Part shown: positions 16,501-25,140 of the stretch, piece after piece
How positions within the stretch are numbered: the stretch's first letter is position 1
Layout of the letters: each line of letters opens with the position of its first letter
Origin: a virus
Lineage: Duplodnaviria > Caudoviricetes
Virus record (IMG/VR): IMGVR_UViG_3300004805_000023
Span: 1 to 30,180 of that record
Reading direction: 5' to 3' (one strand)
Length of the DNA stretch: 30,180 nt
Program-made: the position numbers and the translations under genes
The notes under the pieces: model-generated
What the model was told of the DNA's origin: nothing
Database searches by the model: none
The model's input: only the letters and a program-made list of their open reading frames with translations

Positions 16501-19500
16501 TTCCATTCCAAGGCGTTAATCCGACAGCAATAACCACTGCAGGGTCATTAACTTACTTGTTTGACATGCCCGCAGCTTTTAATATTACGCTTAAGAATAA
16601 TTTAAAACCTGGGGCGATTACTTCTGATTTTGATGGTTCTAAATTTATACCTAAGGGTGTTGGTGTTTATGGTATTAAGCTATGCAAGCTGTTGGATCAG
16701 ACTGTAATTTTAGATGGTATTAAGGATGTTAAATTAAACATTTCAGTCACTGGCATCCCACGCCAAGAAGTAAACATTTTTTCGGCTTTCGTTAAAGTAA
16801 CTTATAGAGATTATGGAAGGCCTAATGTTAAGAAAGTGGCTTATCGTGAAGTCATTTCAGATGGAAGGTCATCACCATATGCTGGAAGTAATGTTCCTAT
16901 CGATTGCGATTATAGTGATACATGCAATTACTGGAAACAGAACGGTAATGGCGGCATACCGTCGCAATATGTTTTAAACCAAATAAGGCATAGTGACTCA
17001 CAGCTGGAAGCTATCACTAATTTTAAAGTCACCGACGTTACGTTGTATAAGAATTGTATCTGGTGCATACCTGCAGGTTCTAGCAGGTATGACCAAGCTA
17101 CTGGGAAATATGTTTCTACTGATGTTGCAGACACCTATTCGATTTTCTTTGGTGATTTTAAAACAGACATGATTGTTGAATCCATAGAATATTTCTTTTT
17201 AATGAACAAGATAATTGATCTTAACAACACACCACCAAGTTGTGTTGATAATAAATCTAATTGTAAACCAGATCCTGCTACCGATATCGTTATTCATCTT
17301 GACTATACCAATTGTAATAAAGAAACAAAGAGATTAACTCGAACCATTAACATAGGTTCTATATTAGAAGTACCGCAAGATCTTAGTAAAATATTTCCTA
17401 GTAGTAGGTGGGATTACATAAGGCCACCAAGCGCCAACGGTACTGCATTGGGGCCACCAATCGGTAACGCGGTAAACGGGCAAGTAGGCGAATGGATATC
17501 ATTCAAAGAAATATTAGATAATACGTCCGGAACAGGCGCTGATCAATGCTCCGCACCGATTTCTAGCCAACTAATATATAATGGCACATCTTTAACTTCA
17601 GATCGTCCTTCGGGCTGCGACATCCCTAACCCAAAAATCGGAGCTATTAGTCTTTTTGCTAAGAAGGTAAAGCCAAATTTCGTTATAGCTGACATATCAG
17701 AGACTTCGATTACTAATGAAGTGCAATACATAACAGTTCCGCAGGCAGACGGTGGTTCTTATAAACTCACGTTTGCAAAAAGTGGTGTAACGCAGACTGT
17801 CACAGTCCCTTATAATGCAACTGCTACCGCTTTAAAAACCATATTAGAATCTAATACGCTAATCGGACCAAACAATGTTTTGGTGACAGCTGTCGAAACA
17901 AGAAGTTTTAGGATCGAGTTTGTCGGGGCCTTGAAGGGTATGGCTATTCCTATCATGCATCCCGTGAGTAATGGGCTTATTGGTACTTATTTTGCTTTCA
18001 CAAATCGTTCTGTAGTCGGCACGAAGAATGAAAGACAGACTATAAGTAATGTTACTGCTTCTAATAGAGCTTTTACGATTTTTTTTAATGGCGAGCAGAC
18101 AGTTACTATTCCTAACGATGCTAGTCTTAATACTGTTAGGGCAGCCTTATTTGCCCTACCGTCAATAGGTATTGGCAATGTGACTGTATCGGGCCAAACG
18201 ACAAATTATGATGGACCATATACTGGACCTTGGCATATAGATTTCGTTGGTGCTATGGCTGGGAAAAATGTTTCAAGGTTATCGACTTCCAATAAGGATT
18301 ATGTTGTTTATGTCGATTGGATCGGCGGAATCGGCGTTAACGAAGTGCAAAAATTCAGTTATAAAGCCAACTCAGGCCGGTATACTTTATCATTATACAG
18401 CCCAGCTGGTGCTTTTTGCACAACAGCACCTATCGAAGCAACTGCTTCTAACAGCGACATAGTAACAAGTATTATTGATAATTGTAATTTTTATGCTGCT
18501 GAAGATATAGGATTAACTTTAGTCCAAAATGGCAATGTCTATGATTGGACTTTGGAATATAAGGGTAAAATGACAGCCCAGCCTATAAAGCAATTAGGCA
18601 TACAATCGGTAGATCTAGTTGGTGATGAAGTCACGGTAGTTAGAATTCAAATAGGTGGAGGTAAGCCGCAAAAGATTAGATGGTCGTATAGTAATGCTAC
18701 TGCAGGGTTTTATATATTAAAATTCGAATCTGTCGATAAAACCATTTACTTTTCAGATAGGATATATTATAACGCTTCGGCCGCAGACATACAGAGCGTC
18801 CTAGAAAGCATGACTTTATTTGCGCCCAATGATGTTGTAGTTGTCCAAAATGATATGGGTGTTGTGGGGTCGTATGAATACGTGCTTACCATTAAAAAGA
18901 GGATTAGTGCTCTTTTAGTAACAGCTATTTTTGAGACAACATTATTTGGTAGTCCGATTTCTTACTATATCGTACCAGACGGGCCTTATCCTTATCCATT
19001 ACCATATTGTCCGACCCTGACGCCCAAAATACATGGTGTAGATGGATTAGTCTGCGTACCGTTTCCTCCAGATGAAGGCGACCCGTTCGCTGGTGAGTTA
19101 TGTTGCACCCCAGAGACTATCTCTATAGCTGCAAATAAATCGACATTTTTTAAGATTGAACGTGATCTATTTAGTCCAAGTTTTCAGATTAATGGCAAGT
19201 TAGCCACCGTTGGATCTCTAATGGCCGCCAGAAATTACAAGAAAAGCATTTACAAACCATATTATTTGGTTTCTAACACTTGCGTAGATCTTGTTGAGGC
19301 CAATTATACCGATGAAATCAAGAGTCGCACTATTATAGTTATTATTAATAAAAAGGTAGATCTTGAAGTTCCTAAAATAAGGATAATAAACCGCATCAAG
19401 AGTAATTATCCTAAACTTGACTATTGTAGAGCTTTGTCCTTTGAAAAGAACAAGGGCGGACAGGATTTTCCAGATATATTGCCAGATAAAAACTACAATA

Positions 19501-19505
19501 TATAA
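13557..19505 (+). CDS. giant 1982-aa putative virion structural/adhesion protein
   Basis: Beta-rich throughout; propeller-like segment (YDSVFDRVFYI...AYDPGMRLLFIGTGSGHLYSVDVTTG); four NEVQ-type beta-sandwich repeats; Cys/Pro-rich linkers. Confidence 0.7.
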   Translation: MADQSDISRSNYVELISVDVDSLLMVCNDKYKTVESSLPRILNGIDYQACDTPAATAPPINKFITNVENIPGSLRELIRRPNVILTSFNAVSFLGQDINLDTTASIPTNTSTIPNLPTINFQKFGTSVSCRKNSDKCSIDLHFIDASSLNTGVAPGRALLQTNKALLSGGYDYRLAISKVRGTPEYIGFFAGKQYYKLSLNTLKGFWDNSCENDRIMVDKYAAMISEPINSSAVNIIGVSTANAFTYGFNNQSYGSLSNIAVSSIVRSVGFRMELALTSSGKALDGSWRFDLVPASGLMLNQMFRTSGHTGPLNYQILIDSTKNVSGMADNDFSLNGADLKKVEPADYLRFRSLATKIFCIYVDHRSTGLSLDDDFNYVDSAVGGSDQFEAFRQAIQCGHKFLFILNDETISASQDYYNFVASVGIASAAVVLIDSQTATGGEYFDQISSSINTLCGYVGANTTPGVSAFGSVKELWQGGSLFKGSNLKSLTHFKINSSYTLPDTSSRTPEILVNNESLISYDSVFDRVFYIERSDDASYRLFAMDMKTRERSAIAFLPFLFDNVIGFDNNVPSAQAYDPGMRLLFIGTGSGHLYSVDVTTGKSSEVEVNSIDIVPRSERKYPSITGIGIGYVPSYDYNGVTEFAGHRALFVGFNAAGSQDIKRYSILRSYVYDVLVFNKTGIATKITPIVSLDLPMAGMANLRSFSFMCAPIFNYLIKNLPATPVSEFVANQKLPGLLLCYDILDTNQNLITPESGRCISINPLILNKVFASQAGIQYNLLDTFIIPAYYPVTNRADWVAIDDFGGSVIWASLDTSPTKIMLDYYYVPVPSAGIDNKGIEFFPSIAVLLNSYEVSGNVSSIFFRDSLECSVGVKGVERHDFGPKNMNCWDLNNSSVATVSDSFVGNELVLRYGESVSKNYNLEAGKYFLTITTSDYRTGADDAGQNLTGLVDIITSGGSRFHYLPARLDSTPLEKLKVQSVPFQGVNPTAITTAGSLTYLFDMPAAFNITLKNNLKPGAITSDFDGSKFIPKGVGVYGIKLCKLLDQTVILDGIKDVKLNISVTGIPRQEVNIFSAFVKVTYRDYGRPNVKKVAYREVISDGRSSPYAGSNVPIDCDYSDTCNYWKQNGNGGIPSQYVLNQIRHSDSQLEAITNFKVTDVTLYKNCIWCIPAGSSRYDQATGKYVSTDVADTYSIFFGDFKTDMIVESIEYFFLMNKIIDLNNTPPSCVDNKSNCKPDPATDIVIHLDYTNCNKETKRLTRTINIGSILEVPQDLSKIFPSSRWDYIRPPSANGTALGPPIGNAVNGQVGEWISFKEILDNTSGTGADQCSAPISSQLIYNGTSLTSDRPSGCDIPNPKIGAISLFAKKVKPNFVIADISETSITNEVQYITVPQADGGSYKLTFAKSGVTQTVTVPYNATATALKTILESNTLIGPNNVLVTAVETRSFRIEFVGALKGMAIPIMHPVSNGLIGTYFAFTNRSVVGTKNERQTISNVTASNRAFTIFFNGEQTVTIPNDASLNTVRAALFALPSIGIGNVTVSGQTTNYDGPYTGPWHIDFVGAMAGKNVSRLSTSNKDYVVYVDWIGGIGVNEVQKFSYKANSGRYTLSLYSPAGAFCTTAPIEATASNSDIVTSIIDNCNFYAAEDIGLTLVQNGNVYDWTLEYKGKMTAQPIKQLGIQSVDLVGDEVTVVRIQIGGGKPQKIRWSYSNATAGFYILKFESVDKTIYFSDRIYYNASAADIQSVLESMTLFAPNDVVVVQNDMGVVGSYEYVLTIKKRISALLVTAIFETTLFGSPISYYIVPDGPYPYPLPYCPTLTPKIHGVDGLVCVPFPPDEGDPFAGELCCTPETISIAANKSTFFKIERDLFSPSFQINGKLATVGSLMAARNYKKSIYKPYYLVSNTCVDLVEANYTDEIKSRTIIVIINKKVDLEVPKIRIINRIKSNYPKLDYCRALSFEKNKGGQDFPDILPDKNYNI
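17715..18900 (+). repeat. Four ~104-108-aa protein-level repeats (NEVQ...G.Y.L.F...T..I.YNA....L..L...IG..NV.V...W.I.F)
   Basis: Repeat starts at 17715 (NEVQ), 18027 (NERQ), 18339 (NEVQ) and about 18663 (KPQ); diverged at DNA level. Confidence 0.8.
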
Positions 19506-19506
19506 T
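19479..19506 (+). promoter_or_regulatory. putative sigma-70 promoter TTGCCA-N16-TATAAT
   Basis: TTGCCA 19479-19484, TATAAT 19501-19506, then GGAGG at 19509-19513 and ATG 19522. The RBS is very close to the -10 box, which weakens the call. Confidence 0.3.
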
Positions 19507-19521
19507 ATGGAGGACAGTGAT

Positions 19522-19746
19522 ATGTCTTTTGAAAGCATTAAGATTTATCGTGATTATCAGATCGTAAATGGTTTCGTCCAAGTACCACCTAACCTCGAAA
19601 AGGATCGTACCACTTTTACGACCAGTCAGGTGTTGTCGGATATTTCAGGATCTGAAATATATGAATTGAATTCGGTCGGCTCTGGCGCTACAACCGGCTC
19701 CGGTTTTGGCCGCCCAAGCACTATTAGATTTGAAGTAACCTTTTAG
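19522..19746 (+). CDS. hypothetical protein (74 aa)
   Basis: GGAGG RBS 8 nt before ATG 19522. Confidence 0.75.
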   Translation: MSFESIKIYRDYQIVNGFVQVPPNLEKDRTTFTTSQVLSDISGSEIYELNSVGSGATTGSGFGRPSTIRFEVTF

Positions 19747-20459
19747 GGAAATAGTAATTTCTCTAATGTCGGTCTATAATCCCTCGATTTGATTATTTTA
19801 GCAGGCCCTGATTCAGGCAGATTTATTAATATACCATGGCTCAATTTGATGTTTAAATTGCGCTCCAATATTAGTCTATATAAACTTAACTGTATACTAT
19901 AATGGTTTAATGAACAGTCTTCAAGTCCGTTAAATGGGCTCTTCATCTTTTCATATTTATTATCTAATTTTACGGTGCCGGTCTTCCAGTCTAATAATGA
20001 AGTCACTAACTTGCCATTATATTCTAATTGTATAAGAGCGTCTATTCTGCCAGCGACTTTTGCGGTAGTGTCTCCGATGACCCATTCGGTTTTTATAGTA
20101 GTAGCATTGTACTTCTGTTTTAAATCGTCCCAGAGTTTTTTGGCTGCTTTAACTTCATGCGGTAAACCTGTGATGTCTATATCTTCGCCTTTTATTATCA
20201 TTTCGGCTGCATTGTGGACTATAGTTCCTTTTTCTAAGCTTACTTTTCCTTTAGCATCCCAACGCTCTATGATCGTTTGTTGGCTTACGCCTTCTTTCTT
20301 TGCACTGTGCTTGCTCCATCTGTCAGTATCGAAAGGTTGCTTGTATTTAGATAGATATTGAGTTACAGATACAAGTCTTTCGTCGCCAAACCAATAAGAA
20401 TGATTTTCATCGATATATGTTATTTCGTCGAATTTAGTGGTTTCAAAAATTTCTTTCAT
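19743..20459 (-). CDS. PD-(D/E)XK exonuclease (Cas4/RecB-like, phage type)
   Basis: H-x-Y...SVT, GT-x-VH, TE, AGRIDAL, LLDWKT, Y-x-IQLSLY. Confidence 0.9.
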   Translation of the reverse strand: MKEIFETTKFDEITYIDENHSYWFGDERLVSVTQYLSKYKQPFDTDRWSKHSAKKEGVSQQTIIERWDAKGKVSLEKGTIVHNAAEMIIKGEDIDITGLPHEVKAAKKLWDDLKQKYNATTIKTEWVIGDTTAKVAGRIDALIQLEYNGKLVTSLLDWKTGTVKLDNKYEKMKSPFNGLEDCSLNHYSIQLSLYRLILERNLNIKLSHGILINLPESGPAKIIKSRDYRPTLEKLLFP

Positions 20460-20485
20460 TATTTGATACTCTATGTATATATTGT

Positions 20486-20623
20486 ATGGAAGAAGAGATA
20501 GATCTAAATATTACTGATAGTGAACCGGCCAAGCAGACCAAAAAGGTCAAAGAGGTACCACTTTACTATGAGGATACTGACGAAGATGCTGGTGGGTTTA
20601 TTCAGGATCTTGATTACAAGTAA
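20486..20623 (+). CDS. putative small acidic protein (45 aa, not in ORF track)
   Basis: MEEEIDLNITDSEPAKQTKKVKEVPLYYEDTDEDAGGFIQDLDYK* fills an otherwise empty gap; no SD. Confidence 0.5.
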   Translation: MEEEIDLNITDSEPAKQTKKVKEVPLYYEDTDEDAGGFIQDLDYK

Positions 20624-20978
20624 CCTCATTTTCTAATTTTTCTATATAATCCGTTATTACGTATTCATCGTCGATCAGATTAATATTGCCTTTTGTGTCG
20701 CCTGAAACAATGTTCGGATTTATTGTTACGTAAATTAGTTCTTGATGCAGACTAGCTATTGTTTGAAGCATCTCTATAAGGTGTTTTTTATTGGTGCAAA
20801 GATTTGCATGGATGCTTAAATCATCCTTGTAAGTTGCTTCAATCGCTGACTGAAAAGCATTTGCCATTTCGCTGTCTGTATAAATCGGAAGATAATATTT
20901 CGCATCTTTCTCATATGAAAAAATTTTATGATACTTTTCAAATAATCCAAAGCTGAATATTATGTAATATTCTTTCAT
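20598..20978 (-). CDS. hypothetical protein
   Basis: Start moved to MKEYY at 20978 after AGAGGAGA RBS. Confidence 0.75.
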   Translation of the reverse strand: MKEYYIIFSFGLFEKYHKIFSYEKDAKYYLPIYTDSEMANAFQSAIEATYKDDLSIHANLCTNKKHLIEMLQTIASLHQELIYVTINPNIVSGDTKGNINLIDDEYVITDYIEKLENEVTCNQDPE

Positions 20979-21026
20979 TGATCTATCTCCTCTAGGTATA
21001 TACTTTACGCTTAAAAGGAGTGCAAA

Positions 21027-21296
21027 ATGGATAAGAAAACACCATATCCTGGTTTTAACCCCAGTTTTAGGAATGTCAAGAAGAGAAATGGAAATTTTAG
21101 GACTGTGCTCGTGCTGGAAGTGCTTAGCAAAAAGCAATTAACACAGACCATAAAGGCATTGATCGGTGAGCAGGTCGAAGCAAAGCTCGAACAGCTGATG
21201 GGCCGAAATGGCCTAGTCGATTATGATGTGGTTTCTGATGATCGTTTTGATGTATTGTTGCAAGATGGGCTGCGTATGGTATCAGAAGGGTATTGA
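21027..21296 (+). CDS. hypothetical protein
   Basis: AAGGAG RBS; 89 aa. Confidence 0.75.
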   Translation: MDKKTPYPGFNPSFRNVKKRNGNFRTVLVLEVLSKKQLTQTIKALIGEQVEAKLEQLMGRNGLVDYDVVSDDRFDVLLQDGLRMVSEGY

Positions 21297-21354
21297 CAGA
21301 GCCATGAGAGTTTGCTACAGGAGTATCAGACGTAATAACATTACTGGAGGATTT

Positions 21355-22011
21355 ATGGAAGGTAAATACAGAATATTGAACATTGATGGTTCGATTAGTT
21401 CGAAGTTATACGATTTAATCGAGGAGACATCAACCCAAAGGGCGACTCTGCGGTCGGTTGGTGAAAGTAAAGAGATCTTAGTCCATAAAAATAGAATGAT
21501 TCCCGTAGATAAAGTCGATAGTGCGGTGTGTATCGTGTCAGGCGGAGTAGAGTTAGCTATTTGCCCCAAATGTCTAACGATTAGCAAGAAGACGCTTGGC
21601 CAAGATAATTTTTCATGTGAACGTGGGTGTGGTAATTATCCTTATCATAACCTAGGTTCCAATGGTCTAGCTTTAAGGAGTAGAAAGATAATGGAATTGA
21701 AGAATAAAAATGTTTTCAACATAGAAGATGTTAAAAAGTATCCTGATTTTCGTGTTTGGAGTAAATTAAATAAATTTAATCATCCTAACATCGATTCTAG
21801 ATCTATTATAATCCTGCATTCTTCCGATAAGCCAAGAAAATTGCAATTTAATACCTACAATGGCTCTCTAGGTAAAAAATCACCACCGTTACCTTTAGAA
21901 GCTTTTGATAAAAATGACGCTCCTCAGGGAAAATGCCCTTGGTCGATTATCGCCAGTGTTGAAGCTGAAGAAAATCGATTAAAAGAGTCAGGTTATGAGC
22001 GCTCTATCTAG
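21355..22011 (+). CDS. hypothetical protein with zinc ribbon
   Basis: GGAGG RBS before ATG 21355; CPKC...CERGC. Confidence 0.8.
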   Translation: MEGKYRILNIDGSISSKLYDLIEETSTQRATLRSVGESKEILVHKNRMIPVDKVDSAVCIVSGGVELAICPKCLTISKKTLGQDNFSCERGCGNYPYHNLGSNGLALRSRKIMELKNKNVFNIEDVKKYPDFRVWSKLNKFNHPNIDSRSIIILHSSDKPRKLQFNTYNGSLGKKSPPLPLEAFDKNDAPQGKCPWSIIASVEAEENRLKESGYERSI

Positions 22012-22083
22012 GAGATCGCAATTTCTGAAGATGAATTATCAGAAATCAATAAGAAGTACGTTGCTATCCTTGAAGACATAAAA

Positions 22084-22305
22084 ATGTTAGAGGAAATGAT
22101 AGCCTTATTGCCCTCTAAGACAGCACTTGAACTTAGAAGTGTTTTTAGCAAAATTATGCGCGACATCGCCGTTTGCCATAAAGGTTTAGCGATACTTGCT
22201 AAAGAAAAAGTGGATTCATTAGTATCTGATTTAAATTATATGTCTTTTGATCTTGAAGCCACAAGGAGAGAGCGTGATGAATATAAAAGAAAGCTTGGCG
22301 AATAA
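22084..22305 (+). CDS. coiled-coil hypothetical protein (start possibly further upstream)
   Basis: C-terminal YMSFDLEATRRERD; the frame is open back to the TAG at 22009-22011. Confidence 0.7.
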   Translation: MLEEMIALLPSKTALELRSVFSKIMRDIAVCHKGLAILAKEKVDSLVSDLNYMSFDLEATRRERDEYKRKLGE

Positions 22306-23293
22306 TTTAAAGCGAGAATCGATTCTAATCACTGGTGGCGCTGGCTTTCTGGGTAATAAAGTCGCTCAATGCTTCATGGAAAATGGCTTCGGTTCGGAGT
22401 TTGTTAGAGGCCAAAAAGCTAAACCTAATAATGTCTACATCAATCGCTCAGTATTATTTGATCTTACGATAGAATCTCATGTTTCGGAATTATTTAGCCG
22501 ATTGTCTCCGACTGTAGTCATTCATCTTGCCGCAGCGGTCGGCGGGATTGGTGCGAATCAAAAAACACCAGGGTCTTTTTTCTATAAGAATGCTATGATG
22601 GGCATACTGATGCAAGAGTATGCCAGAAGACATAATGTTAGAAAATTCGTAACTGTCGGCACTGTCTGCTCCTATCCTAAATTTACAGCATCGCCATTTA
22701 AAGAATCGGATATTTGGAACGGTTATCCAGAAGAGACTAATGCGGCTTACGGCATTGCAAAAAAGGCTTTGCTTGTACAAAGCCAAGCCTACCGCCAAGA
22801 GTATGGTTTTAATGGAATACATTTGCTGCCAGCTAATCTATATGGTCCTCTCGATAATTTCGATGATAGCACGTCGCATGTCATCCCAGCCATTATCAAA
22901 AAAGTCTATGAGGCTAAATCGAACAATGTAGACCATGTCGTTGTATGGGGCGATGGCTCACCGACTAGAGAGTTTTTATATGTGGATGATGCAGCAAAAG
23001 GTATAGTCCAAGCCACAGCGGTTTACGATGATCCCGAGCCGATAAATCTCGGATCAGGAAGAGAAATAAGTATAAAAGATTTAACGATCAAGATAGCGAA
23101 GTTAATGGAATACGAAGGTCAGATAAAATACGATACTTCAAAACCAAACGGACAGCCTCGAAGAAGTTTAGATAGTACTCAAGCGGCGTTAAAATTTAAT
23201 TTCGAAGCGACTACTGACCTTGATTCAGGTCTCAAGATAACTATTAATTGGTATATTAACCACATTACATCTATTGGAGCAGACAGAAAATAA
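22277..23293 (+). CDS. fcl: GDP-L-fucose synthase (GDP-4-keto-6-deoxymannose epimerase/reductase)
   Basis: ITGGAGFLG, IHLAAAVGGIGAN, GTVCSYPK, YGIAKK, PANLYGP.DNF, SHVIPA, WGDGSPTREFLYVDD, KPNGQPRR.LD. Confidence 0.95.
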   Translation: MNIKESLANNLKRESILITGGAGFLGNKVAQCFMENGFGSEFVRGQKAKPNNVYINRSVLFDLTIESHVSELFSRLSPTVVIHLAAAVGGIGANQKTPGSFFYKNAMMGILMQEYARRHNVRKFVTVGTVCSYPKFTASPFKESDIWNGYPEETNAAYGIAKKALLVQSQAYRQEYGFNGIHLLPANLYGPLDNFDDSTSHVIPAIIKKVYEAKSNNVDHVVVWGDGSPTREFLYVDDAAKGIVQATAVYDDPEPINLGSGREISIKDLTIKIAKLMEYEGQIKYDTSKPNGQPRRSLDSTQAALKFNFEATTDLDSGLKITINWYINHITSIGADRK

Positions 23294-24091
23294 ATGAATA
23301 GTCGTATTGAACGAGTGCTTCCGACCGCTTATCTTATAGGCCAAACGACATTGGACTTAGATCAATTAGCAAAGTATTTAGACGATACTGACGCTAAGCC
23401 ATTTGTTAGAGAGATCGAAGAGGCTAGGTTTTCTGGCGTGTCTGATATGGAGATTATTTGCTCTGTATATGCTAAGTTATGTTACAAGTCTTTCGTTGTT
23501 GGTACTAATAAAAACATCACTAGAACAAGATCCATAAAGGACAATATAAAAGGATGTTTTGATGTCAAGCACGGAAGTATCTTTGAACATGTTTTCTTTA
23601 ATTTTATTATTAGGGATTGTTCAAGGATCTTTACCCATGAACTTGTTAGGCACAGAGTCGGTACTGCATTTAGCCAAAATTCTGGTCGTTATATCAGAGA
23701 GGATGTTATACGTGTTGTTCTTAGTCCTGATATCGAACATTCAAAGAAAATTGACGATATTTTAAAGAACATATGTGCAGGTTACGATGAGCTAGACTAT
23801 GAGCTAGACATTGATTCTACTATAAGGTTCGATGAAAAAAAGAAACTTACTAGTTCTATTAGGCGCGTCCTGCCGAACATGTGTGCCAATGACATAGGGT
23901 TTACAGTTAATGTGCGAGAATTGAGGCATATTCTTCTTATGCGTACCTCACGCCACGCTGAGTGGGAAATGCGTTATGTTTTTGATAAGATTTACAAATT
24001 ATTATTACCTAAATATGGTGCCTTTTTCCATGGTTTGCATGTTGGGTCCCATGGAGGATATGTAGAGATTTCTGAGGAACCTTATGTATAA
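23294..24091 (+). CDS. thyX: flavin-dependent thymidylate synthase
   Basis: HGSIFEH, SRIFTHELVRHR...FSQNSGRY, R.VLP, N.RELRH...R...HAEWEMR. Confidence 0.95.
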   Translation: MNSRIERVLPTAYLIGQTTLDLDQLAKYLDDTDAKPFVREIEEARFSGVSDMEIICSVYAKLCYKSFVVGTNKNITRTRSIKDNIKGCFDVKHGSIFEHVFFNFIIRDCSRIFTHELVRHRVGTAFSQNSGRYIREDVIRVVLSPDIEHSKKIDDILKNICAGYDELDYELDIDSTIRFDEKKKLTSSIRRVLPNMCANDIGFTVNVRELRHILLMRTSRHAEWEMRYVFDKIYKLLLPKYGAFFHGLHVGSHGGYVEISEEPYV

Positions 24092-24641
24092 ATTAATCTT
24101 AGAAAGGCTGAATGGTAATGATTTGCCGTTACCTAAATATGAGACTGTTGGCTCTGCGTGTTTTGATATATCAGCATGTTTAACTCGACGGATGTCAGAA
24201 TGCTTGCATAACGGAAGGAAAAAGCATTTCATATATAATGCTTACGCACCAGATTTAAGGAAGTATGTTGAAAGCCACGAAGATATTTCTGAAGAATCAG
24301 ACATATCTCGGCTATATATAAATCCAAGCGAAACGATTTTGGTACCTACTGGCTATAAAGCATCATTTGGCTCAGATTTAGTGCTAAAATTATACATCAG
24401 ATCTTCTATTGGTTTAAATGGTCTTAATCTTGCTAACCAAGTAGGCATCATTGATTCTGATTACCGCGGTGAGATCTTTATAGCTATAAAAAACAATTCC
24501 GACATCGCCCAAACCATAAACCATGGTGACCGTATCGCCCAAGCAATACTCGAATGTATAGTAAAACCAGAGATCATTGCTGGTGTCGTTGATTCTACAG
24601 CGCGCAATGATGGTTGCTTTGGTTCTACTGGAAGAAAGTGA
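24084..24641 (+). CDS. dut: trimeric dUTPase with insertion
   Basis: Motifs GSACFDI, RSSIG, GIIDSDYRGEI, GDRIAQ, R..GCFGSTG. Confidence 0.95.
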   Translation: MYKLILERLNGNDLPLPKYETVGSACFDISACLTRRMSECLHNGRKKHFIYNAYAPDLRKYVESHEDISEESDISRLYINPSETILVPTGYKASFGSDLVLKLYIRSSIGLNGLNLANQVGIIDSDYRGEIFIAIKNNSDIAQTINHGDRIAQAILECIVKPEIIAGVVDSTARNDGCFGSTGRK

Positions 24642-24964
24642 CAATGAGGGGCACATATAAAATAGTTAAACCGGCCTACAGTGCTCTACTTGAGGCGAAC
24701 AATTCAACATTAAACCAATATTGCAGCCTAAAACCCAAAAATTTACGAGAGATAATGGAAAAAGTGCCTGGTACTGGCGAACGTACAGTAAGGCACATGT
24801 TAAACGTTGGTCCGAGGAATGAAACAGAAACTAATATATTAAATTATTATGTGTGGAATGTTGCCACGCCAAGAATCAGGGCAGAGAATGATTTGGCGAA
24901 GTTACATAGCACTAAAAAGAATTCTGTTTATAAGACAAGAGATGAAGAAAGTGATTTTGATTAG
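24638..24964 (+). CDS. hypothetical protein with helix-hairpin-helix motif
   Basis: GTGA overlap with dut stop; IMEKVPGTGERTVRHML fits hPGhG HhH. Confidence 0.65.
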   Translation: MTMRGTYKIVKPAYSALLEANNSTLNQYCSLKPKNLREIMEKVPGTGERTVRHMLNVGPRNETETNILNYYVWNVATPRIRAENDLAKLHSTKKNSVYKTRDEESDFD

Positions 24965-25128
24965 GATTTTTTAGGGCGTTTTGGCTTGGTTTTTTTCTTT
25001 CCACCATTGCGATGCCATCCATATGGGTCACCAATACTACTAATATCATACTCGCTTGGATTCTGCCGATCCAAAAACGTAGTCGGGGATTTATATTGGA
25101 TTTCATTGATTATTTCTTTAATCTTCAT
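24961..25128 (-). CDS. small basic-tailed protein (55 aa)
   Basis: MKIKEIINE start typical of large-phage small proteins; Lys-rich C-terminus; convergent 4-nt overlap with the previous gene. Confidence 0.55.
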   Translation of the reverse strand: MKIKEIINEIQYKSPTTFLDRQNPSEYDISSIGDPYGWHRNGGKKKTKPKRPKKS

Positions 25129-25140
25129 GGAGTATTTTTG

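Noticed and set aside
19743-20459. Cas4/CRISPR system
   Set aside because: No four-Cys Fe-S cluster, no other cas genes and no repeat-spacer array seen in the window.
21293-21322. TTGACA-based sigma-70 promoter upstream of gene 21355
   Set aside because: The -10 position reads TACAGG, too poor a match to call.
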